Positions 1 through 11,528 of a stretch of 64,000 nucleotides of DNA are shown here, piece after piece. The notes under the pieces were generated by a model. The model ran no database searches. It was not told the DNA's origin and worked only from the letters and a program-made list of their open reading frames with translations. The stretch comes from Hormiphora californensis (lineage: Eukaryota > Animalia > Ctenophora). Position 1 is the stretch's first letter; every line of letters begins with the position of its first letter. The stretch covers positions 4,092,001 through 4,156,000 of the forward strand of contig CM035359.1 of assembly GCA_020137815.1 (NCBI GenBank), written 5' to 3'. A program made the translations under genes and the position numbers.

Positions 1-268
1 TCCTTTGACCCGGGATTTGGTCAGATCCTTAGTCCCGTGATTTGGTCAGATCCTTAGACCCGGGATTTGGTCAGTTCCTTAGACCCGGGGTTTGGTCAGA
101 TCCTTAGACCCGGGATTTGGTCAGTTCCTTAGACCCGGGATTTGGTCAGATCCTTAGACCCGGGATTAGGTCAGATTCTTAGACCCGGGATTTGGTCAGA
201 TCCTTAGACCCGGGATTTGGTCAGATCCTTAGACTCGGGATTTGGTCAGATCCTTAGACCCGGGATTT
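1..268. repeat. 25-bp minisatellite (TCCTTAGACCCGGGATTTGGTCAGA), ~10.5 copies, probably intronic in ISWI
   Basis: Direct reading of 25-bp periodicity; truncated by window start. Confidence 0.95.
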
Positions 269-379
269 TGTTGTGACAATTATATCTGTTTCACCATTTG
301 AAACCCCTCCTAATTTCATAAAACCCATTCCCAACCCATTATAATTACTACGGAATTATTATTCCGTTATAGTAATGGA

Positions 380-500
380 AAGTGGATTGGTTTCAATGGA
401 ACCCCTCTTTCGAAGTAATGGGATTTGAAACCCCTCCTTCGCAGTAATGGGATTTGAAACCCCTCCTTCGCAGTAATGTGATTTGAAACCCCTCCTAATT
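380..500. repeat. ~30-bp degenerate tandem repeat (GCAGTAATGGGATTTGAAACCCCTCCTTC)
   Basis: 3-4 adjacent copies just upstream of the exon at 518. Confidence 0.75.
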
Positions 501-517
501 TCTGATATATATTTCAG

Positions 518-634
518 GGCTTTACCAACTGGAACAAGCGTGATTTCACCAACTTTGTGAAAGCTTGCGAGAAGTGGGGCAGAGAAGATATTGAGAATAT
601 CTGTAATGACATCGAGGGAAAGAAGCCCGAAGAG
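518..634 (+). CDS. ISWI: ISWI-family chromatin remodeller, internal exon (SANT domain)
   Basis: tttcag|...|gtaagt; translates [39 protein letters not shown], closely matching the SMARCA5/ISWI SANT region. Confidence 0.95.
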
Positions 635-642
635 GTAAGTGG

Positions 643-730
643 CAGGAACCGACTGAATCAGGAAATACTGGTCCCTGATTGGCTGATAACCAGTCACGTG
701 ACCTAAATAACGAGTTCTGATTGGTTCCTG
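643..730 (+). mobile_element. ~108-bp MITE family A (CAGGAACCGA...TCGGTTCCTG), internally deleted copy filling most of an ISWI intron
   Basis: Same sequence at 2930-3038, ~4775-4872, 36904-37012, 61147-61234; central GTCACGTGAC. Confidence 0.8.
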
Positions 731-751
731 CTTATCATACGCCTTCTTCAG

Positions 752-894
752 GTTCGAGCCTATATGGAGGTGTTCTGGGAGAGGTGTGGTGAACTGCAGG
801 ATCTGGAGAAGATCAACGCTCAGATAGAGCGGGGAGAACTAAAGTTGGAACGCCGCCAGAATACCCGACGAGCTCTGGAGAATAAAATGGCTAG
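752..894 (+). CDS. ISWI: ISWI-family remodeller, internal exon (SANT end / spacer helix)
   Basis: ttcag|VRAYMEVFWERCGELQDLEKINAQIERGELKLERRQNTRRALENKMAR|gttggt; phases 0 to 2 fit neighbours. Confidence 0.95.
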
Positions 895-1027
895 GTTGGT
901 GCCCCTCCATTTTATGTCTCACCTTGTTCTTATGCTGGGTATAATTAGGATTTGATAATGAGAACAGTTATGATTGAAATAGGCAACTACAGCTACTAGA
1001 ACTATTATAGGCAAAGTTGTTTATTTT

Positions 1028-1128
1028 TGTTATGTTCTAACCCTCCCTTTACATTCTAACCCCCCCCCCCCCTTTACATTTGTTTCGGGGGCGGGGCGCC
1101 CGAAACACAGTCTAGCCAGGCAAGTATA
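1028..1128 (+). repeat. Short dispersed repeat with GC hairpin (second copy ~42812-42890)
   Basis: Shared TGTTATGTTCTAACCCTCC...TTTCG...CGAAACACAGTCTAGC(C/T)AGGCAAG; class unknown. Confidence 0.65.
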
Positions 1129-1166
1129 TTTAGAGTCGTGTTTGAGATTTATATAATATATTTCAG

Positions 1167-1244
1167 GTACCGAGCGCCGTTCCATCAGCTGAAAATCCAA
1201 TACGGAACAAACAAGGGAAAACACTATAACGAAGAAGAAGATAG
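1167..1244 (+). CDS. ISWI: ISWI-family remodeller, internal exon (SLIDE start)
   Basis: tttcag|[26 protein letters not shown]|gtaatt; matches ISWI [26 protein letters not shown]. Confidence 0.95.
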
Positions 1245-1290
1245 GTAATTATCTGACTAATTAGCTAATTAAGTAATTTAATTAGAAATT

Positions 1291-1510
1291 AACTAATTAC
1301 CCCCGTGTTTCAGGTTCCTAATTTGTAACTAATTACCCCCGTGTTTTATATTCCTAATTTGTAACTAATTACCCCACGTGTTTCAGGTTCCTAATTTGTA
1401 ACTAATTACCCCCCGTGTTTCAGGTTCCTAATTTGTAACTAATTACCCCCCGTGTTTCAGGTTCCTAATTTGTAACTAATTACCTCTGTGTTTCAGGTTC
1501 CTAATTTGTA
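1291..1510 (+). repeat. ~36-bp tandem repeat containing branch-like motif, 3' splice site and first bases of the ISWI exon
   Basis: Unit ACTAATTACCCCCCGTGTTTCAG|GTTCCTAATTTGTA, 6 copies, 5 with intact CAG. Confidence 0.9.
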
Positions 1511-1623
1511 AGTTGTTTCATCTTGGTATTGACAAGGAGAACGTGTATGACGAACTGAGAACTGAAGTCAGAAACTCTCCTTTCTTCCGATTTGATTGGT
1601 TCCTGAAATCCCGAACTGCCGTG
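1497..1623 (+). CDS. ISWI: ISWI-family remodeller, internal exon (SLIDE)
   Basis: [42 protein letters not shown]|gtatgt; contains the [11 protein letters not shown] hallmark. Confidence 0.95.
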
Positions 1624-1829
1624 GTATGTGTCACGTGATGTATTCATGATGTATTCCGTTCCCATTCTGTTAATTCTGTTCAATCTGGTCATCGTGTCAT
1701 AGTATTGTTAGGTTGACAAGACGGTTGTTATGGGGGGGGGGGATACAATTTGATTTTTGGGCGTCTGCCAAACAGTACCCTGTCCCTATTCACTGTGTCA
1801 CTATATTCTACCGCCCATCTCTCTCACAG

Positions 1830-2012
1830 GAACTGCAGCGACGATGCAACACTCTGATCACCCTCATCGAACGAGAAATGGCAGAGATAGAGGAACGAGA
1901 GGGACGGAAAAAGGGTAAAAAACCAAATGGTAGCAGTGGGAACTCCACACCGACCTTTAAACGAAAAGCAGAGATGATGCTCAAGATGCTGGGAAAGAAG
2001 GCCAAGAAATGA
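1830..2012 (+). CDS. ISWI: ISWI-family remodeller, last coding exon
   Basis: cacag|ELQRRCNTLITLIERE...KKAKK*; basic NLS-like tail; TGA ends at 2012. Confidence 0.93.
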   Translation, partial: ELQRRCNTLITLIEREMAEIEEREGRKKGKKPNGSSGNSTPTFKRKAEMMLKMLGKKAKK

Positions 2013-2929
2013 TGTTTTGGAGATGATTTCAGCTGGGTGTCAGACACATGGTTGCTCCAGTTGTAACCATGGTTACCGACTGGTTACCATGGTTACCATG
2101 GAGGCTAATTCCTCCCTGATATATCCAGCTGTTTTAACACCACACAAACGACTATTTCTTGGTGCTTGGACACTGTCTTTTTTAATTATTGTTGAAATTA
2201 TTCTATAAACATCTTGAAGGAGAAAGGAAGCTCGTGAAAAGAAATAGTACATCAATCTGTTGAAAAGTGAAAGTTTTTCATGTACTACCATGTTCTAAAT
2301 TTCTCCGCCCCCGAACTGTGTCACTTTCTATTTTACGACGCCCAAATTATAAAGGGAATTCCTAAATCCCAATATTTTGACCCTGTTGACCCAATTAAAA
2401 TCCCACTTCCACACACATAGTATGTCAAGTAAAATCCGCCATCTCTCTCTCACCAGTCCCAGAAGTCAACACATGACAACGTGCCAAATCACGGTATACT
2501 AACTACCCATCAATTAATCAATGAACAATTTGTTGTCCACTCTGATCAGCTATAAGTTATAGCTATAGTATAGTATAAAAGTTCACCTTTTCTCCATCAG
2601 GAATGGAAGAGAGCCCCCCATCCGGCCAGGAGAGGCCGACACAGGACTGAAATGATGTTCCACATCTGGATACCATGGGGAATCAGGATGTATTCATACC
2701 TGTAAGTTTCAGCCAAAACTGATTTATCAATTAATTATAAATTAAGACATTTTGCTCAAGTTATCTCCTTTCGCTCGGATCGGTTCACAATATGATTCAT
2801 GGGACATGAAATATAATGTGAACAAAAAAGTAATATTTTGAGGTTTGAGACAAACCTAAGACATTACTAACAAACATCATGGCTATTGAAAGCATTGAAA
2901 CCCAGGACCAGTTAGAACGGGCTTGTAAT

Positions 2930-3038
2930 TAGGAACCGACCGAAACAAGTAAACAACCAATCAGAACTCGTTATTTAGGTCACGTGACTGGTTATCAGCC
3001 AATCAGGGACCAGTATTTCCTGATTCGATCGGTTCCTG
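2930..3038 (-). mobile_element. MITE family A, full-length copy (hAT-like)
   Basis: Terminal inverted repeats; flanks CTTGTAAT / GTTGTAAC resemble a decayed 8-bp TSD. Confidence 0.8.
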
Positions 3039-5715
3039 GTTGTAACGATTTCATATCTAAAGAAACCACATGTCGGTTTATGCTTTGGTAAACTGGGTAG
3101 TAAACTGTTTAGTAAATGATATGTAGCAATACTGGCTGTGCTTTGTATGGCATCTGCAGTACTGTATCAAAGCGTTCAAACCGGGCTTGATCGACTTTTT
3201 GGCGGCAGTTGCTGGCTTTGTTTATGCTCTAAGTTGTATATATCTTGCTCACCAAATTATTCTTTTCGAGTATTAATTACTCAACAAAATTATTCTCTGT
3301 TTCGGCTTGATCAGGAAACTCCCTTTTTCTGTAGAACATACGCGGCCATTTGTAGCTGTGTAGGGAATCAAGGGATGACCTGCTCCTCTATAGATAGGAT
3401 TGAACCCACCCCCCTCCCGTTGAACCTATTAATCAGCCCGAGCTCTAGAAGAACAGACTCTTTGATCAATCTCCCGACTCTCCTTCCTCATAACCCCCTG
3501 TCTATGTCATTATACGTTCCTAATCCCCTGTCTGTGTTTCCTAATCCCCCCTCACAATTGCTTTGTTGAGACAATATATTATATGACAATATATGATTGC
3601 CTTTCGTAATCCTCCAGCTACATAATATATTATATGGATAATGAGTATTACATGTCCCGAGTACCCAGCGCAAGAATAGGCCTTCCTCCTGCAGCTGTTT
3701 TCTTTTAGAGAATAGAGCCAATTGGCCTGAGTCCTGACCCTATTCTCGGAATGCGAGAACCGTGGTCAGAGCATTGGCCTAACCCTATTATACGATAACC
3801 GTGGTCAGAACCATGGTCAGAGCTGTTAGAACTTTCCTTCCTAGACCGTAAACTGTAAGATTGCTGATCCGATGTGAGAATCAAAAATGGGTCTGGCGCC
3901 ACCAGACAGGTGCCAGACCCCGATCTGATTCTCTCACTCCGTTAAGATGGGGTCGGTGGAGTAAAACAGACCGGTCTCTCGGTTGTGAGTTGCCAGACAG
4001 AGGTCTCAGTTACCCTCGAATTGAGATAGATAAGGGTATAAACGAATGGTATAGAGCATGCAGTTGTGGTAAATCATAGAACTGATTTGATGTGCAGTGA
4101 AGTCAGACCACCTCGGGTAATTAATTTGATTGAATGAACTTCTCCCTAGTATAGCGCTATTGTACGATATAGGGTACAATTTGATCGGGGTTGATGGGCG
4201 ATTGATCAGTGATATATATTGTGGACTGTTATACATCCTGAGATCTGAGGCAGGAGTCTGAGTGTGAGTGTGATAGGTAGAGAGCTGAGAGTGAGAGGTT
4301 GTATCTGACAATGTAGGATTGTAGGCCTACCAACAAGCTGCATTGTGTGACAAATATTACAATTGTTTAGCAGCGGTCATGTAACTTGAGGGGGAGAGAG
4401 GGCGGTGTAATGGTATATATGTTGTTGAGTAAAGGGTGAGAGAGGGTTGAGCAAGGTATAATATGTGTCTGGGGTAATAGATCATTCTGGAGCAATCATG
4501 GGTAAAAGTGTGATAATAGTTTTGATAAAATGGTGAATGGGGCGCCCCTGTTATAGTAGTAGGTGCCTGTTGTTGAGTGTTGATAATGTTCTTTATAGAC
4601 TCTATCCTCAAAGAGCTTGGTAGAACGTCGGCTTAGTATCACCAACCAACTCGATCCTCTCTAAAGAAGCTAAGAAGAGCTGGGACAGAGCACCTAGCGG
4701 TGATTTAGTGTCGTGATCACGTTTTCTCACATGCTAAGACCACGTTTGGGGTCTCTACTGTCCGGCCAATGCTCTGACACAAGTAAAGAACCAATCAGAA
4801 CTCGTTATTTAGGTCACGTGACTGGTTATCAGCCAATCAGGGACCATAATTTCCTGATTCGGTCAGTTCCTGCTACTAACAGCTGCCAATGCTCTGAACG
4901 GGTCTCCAGCTCCCGATCAGCTATATGGTGGCGCCATACCCCATTTGATTCTCAGTGCGCTTAGATGGGTCGCGGCGCCAGACAGCCGATCAGCTACTGA
5001 TATCTCTCTGCTTGTAGTGAGCCGACATCACAATAGGGCAGCTATGATATTGCACCACATCTCGGGCAGACATAGTGGTATCAGAACAGATCAGAGCCTG
5101 AGATGGATCATGCATTCTAGGCAGGATACATATCCTGCTTATATCACCCATATCATACCCCCCTCCCCCATATCATACCCCCAACCCCTCTATCATGACC
5201 CCCCTCTTCTCGCAGTGATAATATATGGTATCTTGATCTATTATGAAGGAGCAGATCACTCTGATGAGATCCTGTGTTTTTGAACCATGACTGGTTACAG
5301 CTTCCACTATCGCATATGAGGCTGTTTGTTATCTCCAGTACTTCGTCTGACGCCTCACCCCCAGAAGCAGGTATGAAGTTTGGGAAACATTGGATCCCTC
5401 CCCCCCCCCGGAACTTTGGATCCTACCACCCCATCCCCCACCCCCCCCGGCCCCACCACCGTGAGGGGTAGTATTGATACAAGGTTTGTATGCCCCTTTA
5501 CTTTTTGTTTTCTTTTTTTATCGACGTCCACGCGCGGCTATTTCTCGATCCATGTGGCAGTCCGATAATTTTGTTCCTTTTCACGTAAGGATTCTTAATT
5601 CTTAGTATGTAGTGGGATGAAATACCGTCGAAGCTCGACTTTTACGGCGAATGAAAACACATGTATTGTTTGTTGACAGTTTCTTAATTCTGCCACCAGG
5701 GGAGTGTGACGTTAG

Positions 5716-5973
5716 AGGATTGATGAGGAATCTCACTACTACGACCATGAAAAAGACGAAGACGATAGAGAGGAGAGCGAGAGTAGGAGAGCAGGATACG
5801 ACGCGAGAGACCGAGCAGGAGATAGAGCAGTAGATCGAGCTCTCATTCGCGCAGCATTTTTAGAGAGCAAGCTCTGCTCAAATAACGTGGAGCGTTCAGT
5901 CAGACTAGCCGAGCGACTAGCGAGACTACGACAGATCATAGGCGCTTCGCGCACGGCCTCTCTGCTGATTCGA
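5716..5973 (+). CDS. Candidate coding exon (module A, exon 1), possibly an alternative K2P N-terminus
   Basis: Stop-free frame RIDEESHYYDHEK...RLARLRQIIGASRTASLLIR then gtatct; start not resolved (no in-frame Met, stops upstream). Confidence 0.4.
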
Positions 5974-5976
5974 GTA

Positions 5977-6084
<108 letters not shown>

Positions 6085-6092
6085 TCCCACAG

Positions 6093-6145
6093 GATCGGGG
6101 AAGCACTTCAAGAAGAGAAACCAGATCTGCACTTTTCTCCGATGG
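6093..6145 (+). CDS. Candidate coding exon (module A, exon 2)
   Basis: cccacag|DRGSTSRRETRSALFSD-gg|gtgaga; phase 0 in, phase 2 out, fits 14195. Confidence 0.45.
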
Positions 6146-6449
6146 GTGAGATGGCTTTTGATTCTTGTAATTGTCTCAGAATATGATAATATATCGTATC
6201 ATATGTCTCTCATTCAGCTACAATCATGTCTATTGTTGTTTTGGTTTGTTTGTTTGTTTGTTTGTTATAGACGTCTTAGGAACCTGGGATACTGAGTTCT
6301 CTCCCTCATCTTGGTCTACTCTGATTGTTTTGTTTCTAAGCCCTAATTTTGTACATGTATGTAAATGAATAGGATTATTACCACTTCATGGTTACTAACT
6401 ATTGACTAAGCTATGCGTAGAGTTTGCATTTACCTTGACTTTCCTATTA

Positions 6450-6622
6450 CAGTCGAACCCCCGATTTACCGGGATGCTCGGGGGAAAGGGTTTTGACCGG
6501 TAAATCGGGGTGCCCGGTATATCGGGGTCAATTACCGTTAATATCCTATATCGGGGGAATTTTATCCTCCCGGTAAATCGGAGTTCCGGTTAATCGGGGC
6601 CCGGTAAATCGGGGTCGGACTG
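6450..6622. mobile_element. Tc1/mariner/pogo-type MITE (CAGTCG termini, TA TSD)
   Basis: TA|CAGTCGAACCCCCGATTTACCGGG...CCGGTAAATCGGGGTCGGACTG|TA; relatives at ~60807-60978 and ~40746-40816. Confidence 0.85.
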
Positions 6623-6642
6623 TATAGCTGTAATAGCTGTAC

Positions 6643-6912
6643 TAGTGTCTGACTGTGGTCTGGAATCCCCCTACTGCACGGAGCTTTTCTGAATCACATT
6701 TTCGAGACGAATCCAACGCAACCGGAATTAGCTTTCTATCTTATCGGGAAGTTTGGGCTTCAGCATCTTCATTTTTGGTCATTTTTCGGTGCGCGAGCCA
6801 ATCAGAGGCCTTTATTTCGAAATCCAGGCCTCTGATTGGCTCGCACACCGAAAAATGACCAAAAATGAAAGCTCCGTGCAGTAGGGGGTTTCCAGACCAC
6901 AGTCAGACACTA
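6643..6912. mobile_element. hAT-type MITE
   Basis: ~45-bp TIR TAGTGTCTGACTGTGGTCTGGAA...; perfect 8-bp TSD AGCTGTAC (6635-6642, 6913-6920). Confidence 0.9.
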
Positions 6913-7814
6913 AGCTGTACTTAAATGAGGGTCACTATAATATAAGTGGGCACATCACCCCTACATCAACTCTTTAATGACAACAGGGTACTTTTATTTG
7001 CTAAGTAGTATCATACTTACCAGCTCTAGTATATTGGGGGGGGGGTGCATATTTGTGATGAGCTTTTACATGAAGGTTTTAAACTTCTTTTTAGTAGGTA
7101 CATATCATCTCTATAATTATAAGTTGGAGATGAACGACGTTAGTAGCCGACAGGGGCCTGTCAGAGCATTGGCCTGACCATATTCTCAGAACTGTGGTCA
7201 GAGCATTGGCCTGACAGACAGGGGCTCTACTTGAAAGTTGAAGGGTTCCCTAGTTGCTTATACAGGGTGTGAACTGCATGTCGTGTTTGCTAGTCGCGAG
7301 CGCGCTTGCGAGACAAGCAAACACGTCAAGGTTCATTAACAAGCATGCTGCTCAGTCATTTTAGATTTAATACACAATGTAAGGATATCATGTAATAGGT
7401 GAGACTCTTGCCGTCACCCTCGTTCAAGTCCCGTGAAAAACGGAGCAGTACACGCAAACTGATGCCCATTTTCCTCGCGTGACCCCGATTCAGCAGTTTG
7501 AGACACCAACTCTTTAGGGGGCCATATCTCAGGAACCAGACAAGATAGGAAAAATCGCCGTCTAATGAGGCGTACAGTTTTTAATCTAGTTTACCACTGT
7601 ACCGGCCGTTTCACTCTCCGACCTAAAACAAAAATCGCAACCCCACAAAACTTCAAAATAATGAAATTCGCATCTCGCATGTCGTGTTGCATGTCGTGTC
7701 ATGTTATTGACGCGCTCGCGTTCAACTCTCACACAGCAGCTGCAGAACGTGGCGGAAACATCGAGGAGTAGAGAGAGGGTCGGTGCCGAATCAAATATTT
7801 CTTGATCTTGATCT

Positions 7815-8852
7815 ACTCCATCTCTCAGCTATCCTACCCCTCATCAACTCGATCTCTCAGCTACCCTACCCCTCATCTACTCCATCTTTCAGCTACCCTA
7901 CCCCTTATCTAGTCCATCTCTCAGCTTCCCTACCTCCCATTTACTCCATCTCTCAGCTACCCTACCTCCCATTTACTTCATCTCTCAGCTTCCCTACCTC
8001 CCATTTACTCCATCTCTCAGCTTCCCTACCTCCCATTTACTCCATCGCTTACCTTCCCTACCTCCCATTTACTCCATCTCTCAGCTTCCCTACCTCCCAT
8101 TTACTCCATCTCTCAGCTACCCTACCTCCCATTTACTCCATTTCTCAGCTTCCCTACCTCTCATTTACTCCATCTCTCAGCTACCCTACCTCCCATTTAC
8201 TCCATCTCTCAGCTTCCCTACCTCCCATTTACTCCATCCCTAAGCTTCCCTACCTGCCATTTACTCCATCTCTCAGCTACCCTACCACCCATTTACTCCA
8301 TCTCTCAGCTTTCCTACCTCCCATTTACTTCATCTCTCAGCTTCCCTATCTCCCATTTACTCCATCTCTCAGCTACCCTACCTCCCATTTACTCCATCTC
8401 TCAGCTTCCCTACCTCACATTTACTCCATCTCTCAGCTACCCTACCTCCCATTTACTCCATCGCTCAGCTTCCCTACCTCCCAATTACTCCATCTCTCAG
8501 CTACCTTACCTTCTATTTACTCCATCTCTCAGCTTCCCTACCTCCCATTTACTCCATCTCTCAGCTACCCTAGCTCCCATTTACTCCATCTCTCAGCTAC
8601 CCTACCTCCCATTTACTCCATATCTCAGCTACCTTACCTCCCATTTACTCCATCTCTCAGCTTACCTACCTCCCATTTACTCCATATCTCAGCTTCCCTA
8701 CCTCCCATTTACTCCATCCCTAAGCTTCCCTACCTGCCATTTACTCCATCTCTCAGCTACCCTACCACCCATTTACTCCATCTCTCAGCTTTCCTACCTC
8801 CCATTTACTTCATCTCTCAGCTTCCCTACCTCCCATTTACTCCATCGCTCAG
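7815..8852 (+). repeat. 32-bp minisatellite (CTCCCATTTACTCCATCTCTCAGCTWCCCTAC), C-rich orientation
   Basis: Direct reading; generates periodic spurious ORFs. Confidence 0.95.
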
Positions 8853-10514
8853 GGGTAGGAATGTTAGGATAAATGAGAGATGGAGTAAATGGGAGGTAGG
8901 GAAGCTGAGAGATGGATCAAATGGGAGGTAGGGTAGCTGAGGGATGGAGTAAATGGGAGGTAGGGAAGCTGAGACTTGAGAGATGGAGTAAATGGGAGGT
9001 AGGGTAGCTGAGAGATGGAGTAAATGTGAGGTAGGGTAGTTGAGAGATGGATTGAATGGGAGGTAGGGTAGCTGAGAGATGGAGTAAATGGGAGGCAAGG
9101 ATGGAGTAAATGGGAGGTAGGGAAGCTGAGGGATGGAGTAAATGGGAGGTAGGGAAGCTGAGAGATGGAGTAAATGGGAGGTAGGGTAGCTGAGAGATGG
9201 AGTGAATGGGAGGTAGGGTAGCTGAGAGATGGAGTGAATGGGAGGTAGGGTAGCTGAGAGATGGAGTAAATGGGAGGTAGGGTAGCTGAGAGATGGAGTG
9301 AATGGGAGGTAGGGTAGCTGAGAGATGGAGTAAATGTGAGGTAGGGTAGTTGAGAGATGGATTGAATGGGAGGTAGGGTAGCTGAGAGATGGAGTAAATG
9401 GGAGGCAAGGATGGAGTAAATGGGAGGTAGGGAAGCTGAGGGATGGAGTAAATGGGAGGTAGGGAAGCTGAGAGATGGAGTAAATGGGAGGTAGGGTAGC
9501 TGAGAGATGGAGTGAATGGGAGGTAGGGTAGCTGAGAGATGGAGTGAATGGGAGGTAGGGTAGCTGAGAGATGGAGTAAATGGGAGGTAGGTAAGCTGAG
9601 AGATGGAGTAAATGGGAGGTAAGGTAAGCTGAGAGATGGAGTAAATGGGAGGTAGGGTAGCTGAGAGATGGAGTAAATGGGAGCTAGGGTAGCTGAGAGA
9701 TGGAGTAAATGGGAGGTAGGGAAGCTGAGAGATAGAGTAAATAGAAGGTAAGGTAGCTGAGAGATGGAGTAAATGGGAGGTAGGGAAGCTGAGCGATGGA
9801 GTAAATGGGAGGTAGGGTAGCTGAGAGATGGAGTAAATGGGAGGTAGGGAAGCTGAGAGATGGAGTAAATGGGAGGTAGGGTAGCTGAGAGATGGAGTAA
9901 ATGAGATGTAGGGAAGCTGAGAAATGGAGTAAATGGGAGGTAGGGTAGCTGAGAGATGGAGTAAATGGGAGGTAGGGAAGCTGAGAGATGGAGTAAATGG
10001 GAGGTAGGGAAGGTAAGCGATGGAGTAAATGGGAGATAGGGAAGCTGAGAGATGGAGTAAATGGGAGGTAGGGAAGCTGAGAGATGAAGTAAATGGGAGG
10101 TAGGGTAGCTGAGAGATGGAGTAAATGGGAGGTAGGGAAGCTGAGAGATGGAGTAAATGGGAGGTAAGGAAGCTGAGGGATGGAGTAAATGGGAGGTAGG
10201 GAAGCTGAGAGATGGAGTAAATGGGAGGTAGGGAAGCTGAGAGATGGAGTAAATGGGAGGTAGGGTAGTTGAGAGATGGAGTGAATGGGAGGTAGGGTAG
10301 CTGAGAGATGGAGTAAATGGGAGGCAAGGATGGAGTAAATGGGAGGTAGGGAAGCTGAGGGATGGAGTAAATGGGAGGTAGGGAAGCTGAGAGATGGAGT
10401 AAATGGAAGGTAGGGTAGCTGAGAGATGGAGTGAATGGGAGGTAGGGTAGCTGAGAGATGGAGTAAATGGGAGGTAGGGAAGCTGAGAGATGGAGTGAAT
10501 GGGAGGTAGGGAAG

Positions 10515-11528
10515 GAGTCACCCCCTCCCTGCCGACGGACCTCCCTGCCGACGGGTCGGCAGGGAGGTCATTCGGCAGGGAGGGCGGGATATGGGGGTAT
10601 AATGTCCTACGTGCCGACGAAATTGGGATGAGATCGCCGTCGGCACGTAGGACATTATACCCCTATTTTCTGCCCTCCCTGCCGACGGACCTCCCTACCG
10701 ATCGGCAGGGAGGGCCGTCGGCAGGGAGGACACTTTACCCCTCCTTTTACCCTCTGTGCCGACGGTCGGCAGGGAGGACATTTTACCCCTCGTTTTACCC
10801 TCTGTACCGACGATCGGCAGGGAGGACATTTTACCCCTCCTTTTACCCTCTGTACCGACGATCGGCAAGTAGGGCCGTCGGCAGGGAGGACATTTACCCC
10901 TCCTTTTCAGCCTCACTACCGACGATCGGCAGGGAGGACATTTACCCCTCCTTTTCACCCTCTGTGCCGACGAAACCATAACCCAAACCATCGCCCTAAC
11001 CATCGCCCTAACCACCACCCTAACCATCACCCTAACCATCACCCTAACCACCGCCCTAACCACCGCCCTAACCACCACCCTAACCCTAACCACCGCCCTA
11101 ACCCTAACCCTAACCCTAACCCTAACCCTAACCCTAACCCTAACGATACTCAGAGGAACAATACACAGTGAACTCTTCGTATTTGGCCTGCCGGCCAAAT
11201 TCTCGAGCTCACAGAAGGAGTGAAACGCCCTCCCTACCGATCGTCGGTACAGAGGGTAAAAGGAGGGGTGAAATATCCTCCCTGCCGATCGTCGGTACAG
11301 AGGGTGAATAGGAGGGGTAAATGTCCTCCCTGCCGAATACTCTCTCGGAGTCAGTTTTCGGCAGGGAGGGCGGAATATAGGGGTCAAATGTCCTACGTGC
11401 CGACGGCGATCTCATCCCAATCTCGTCGGCACGTAGGACATTATACCCCTATATCCCGCCCTCCCTGCCGAATGACCTCCCTGCCGACCCGTCGGCAGGG
11501 AGGTCCGTCGGCAGGGAGGGCGGGTACC
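10515..11528. mobile_element. Nested ~1-kb TIR element (Mutator-like by TSD) with internal telomeric repeats
   Basis: Long GC-rich TIRs plus ~48-bp subterminal repeats; GTAGGGAAG duplicated at 10506-10514 and 11529-11537 (8- or 9-bp TSD). Confidence 0.8.
10975..11143. repeat. Interstitial telomeric tract: degenerate 12-bp variants grading into (CCCTAA)8
   Basis: Perfect CCCTAA x8 at 11096-11143; CCCTAACCACCG-like variants upstream. Confidence 0.95.

Noticed and set aside
2587-2699. Minus-strand exon-like segment (cttacag|...aag|gtgaac)
   Set aside because: All three frames contain stops, with no recognisable product or partner exons
5314-5833. Exon MRLFVISSTSSDASPPEA|gt (donor 5370) as the start of module A
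   Set aside because: The phase-1 join to the acceptor at 5699 enters a frame that stops at 5833; it would need a 1-nt indel, so it is unresolved
7783-10521. Long ORFs of 382, 487 and 534 aa
   Set aside because: By-products of a nearly stop-free 32-bp minisatellite; periodic, present in several frames and on both arms
11096-11143. True chromosome end
   Set aside because: Only 8 perfect units, internal to a TIR/TSD-bounded element
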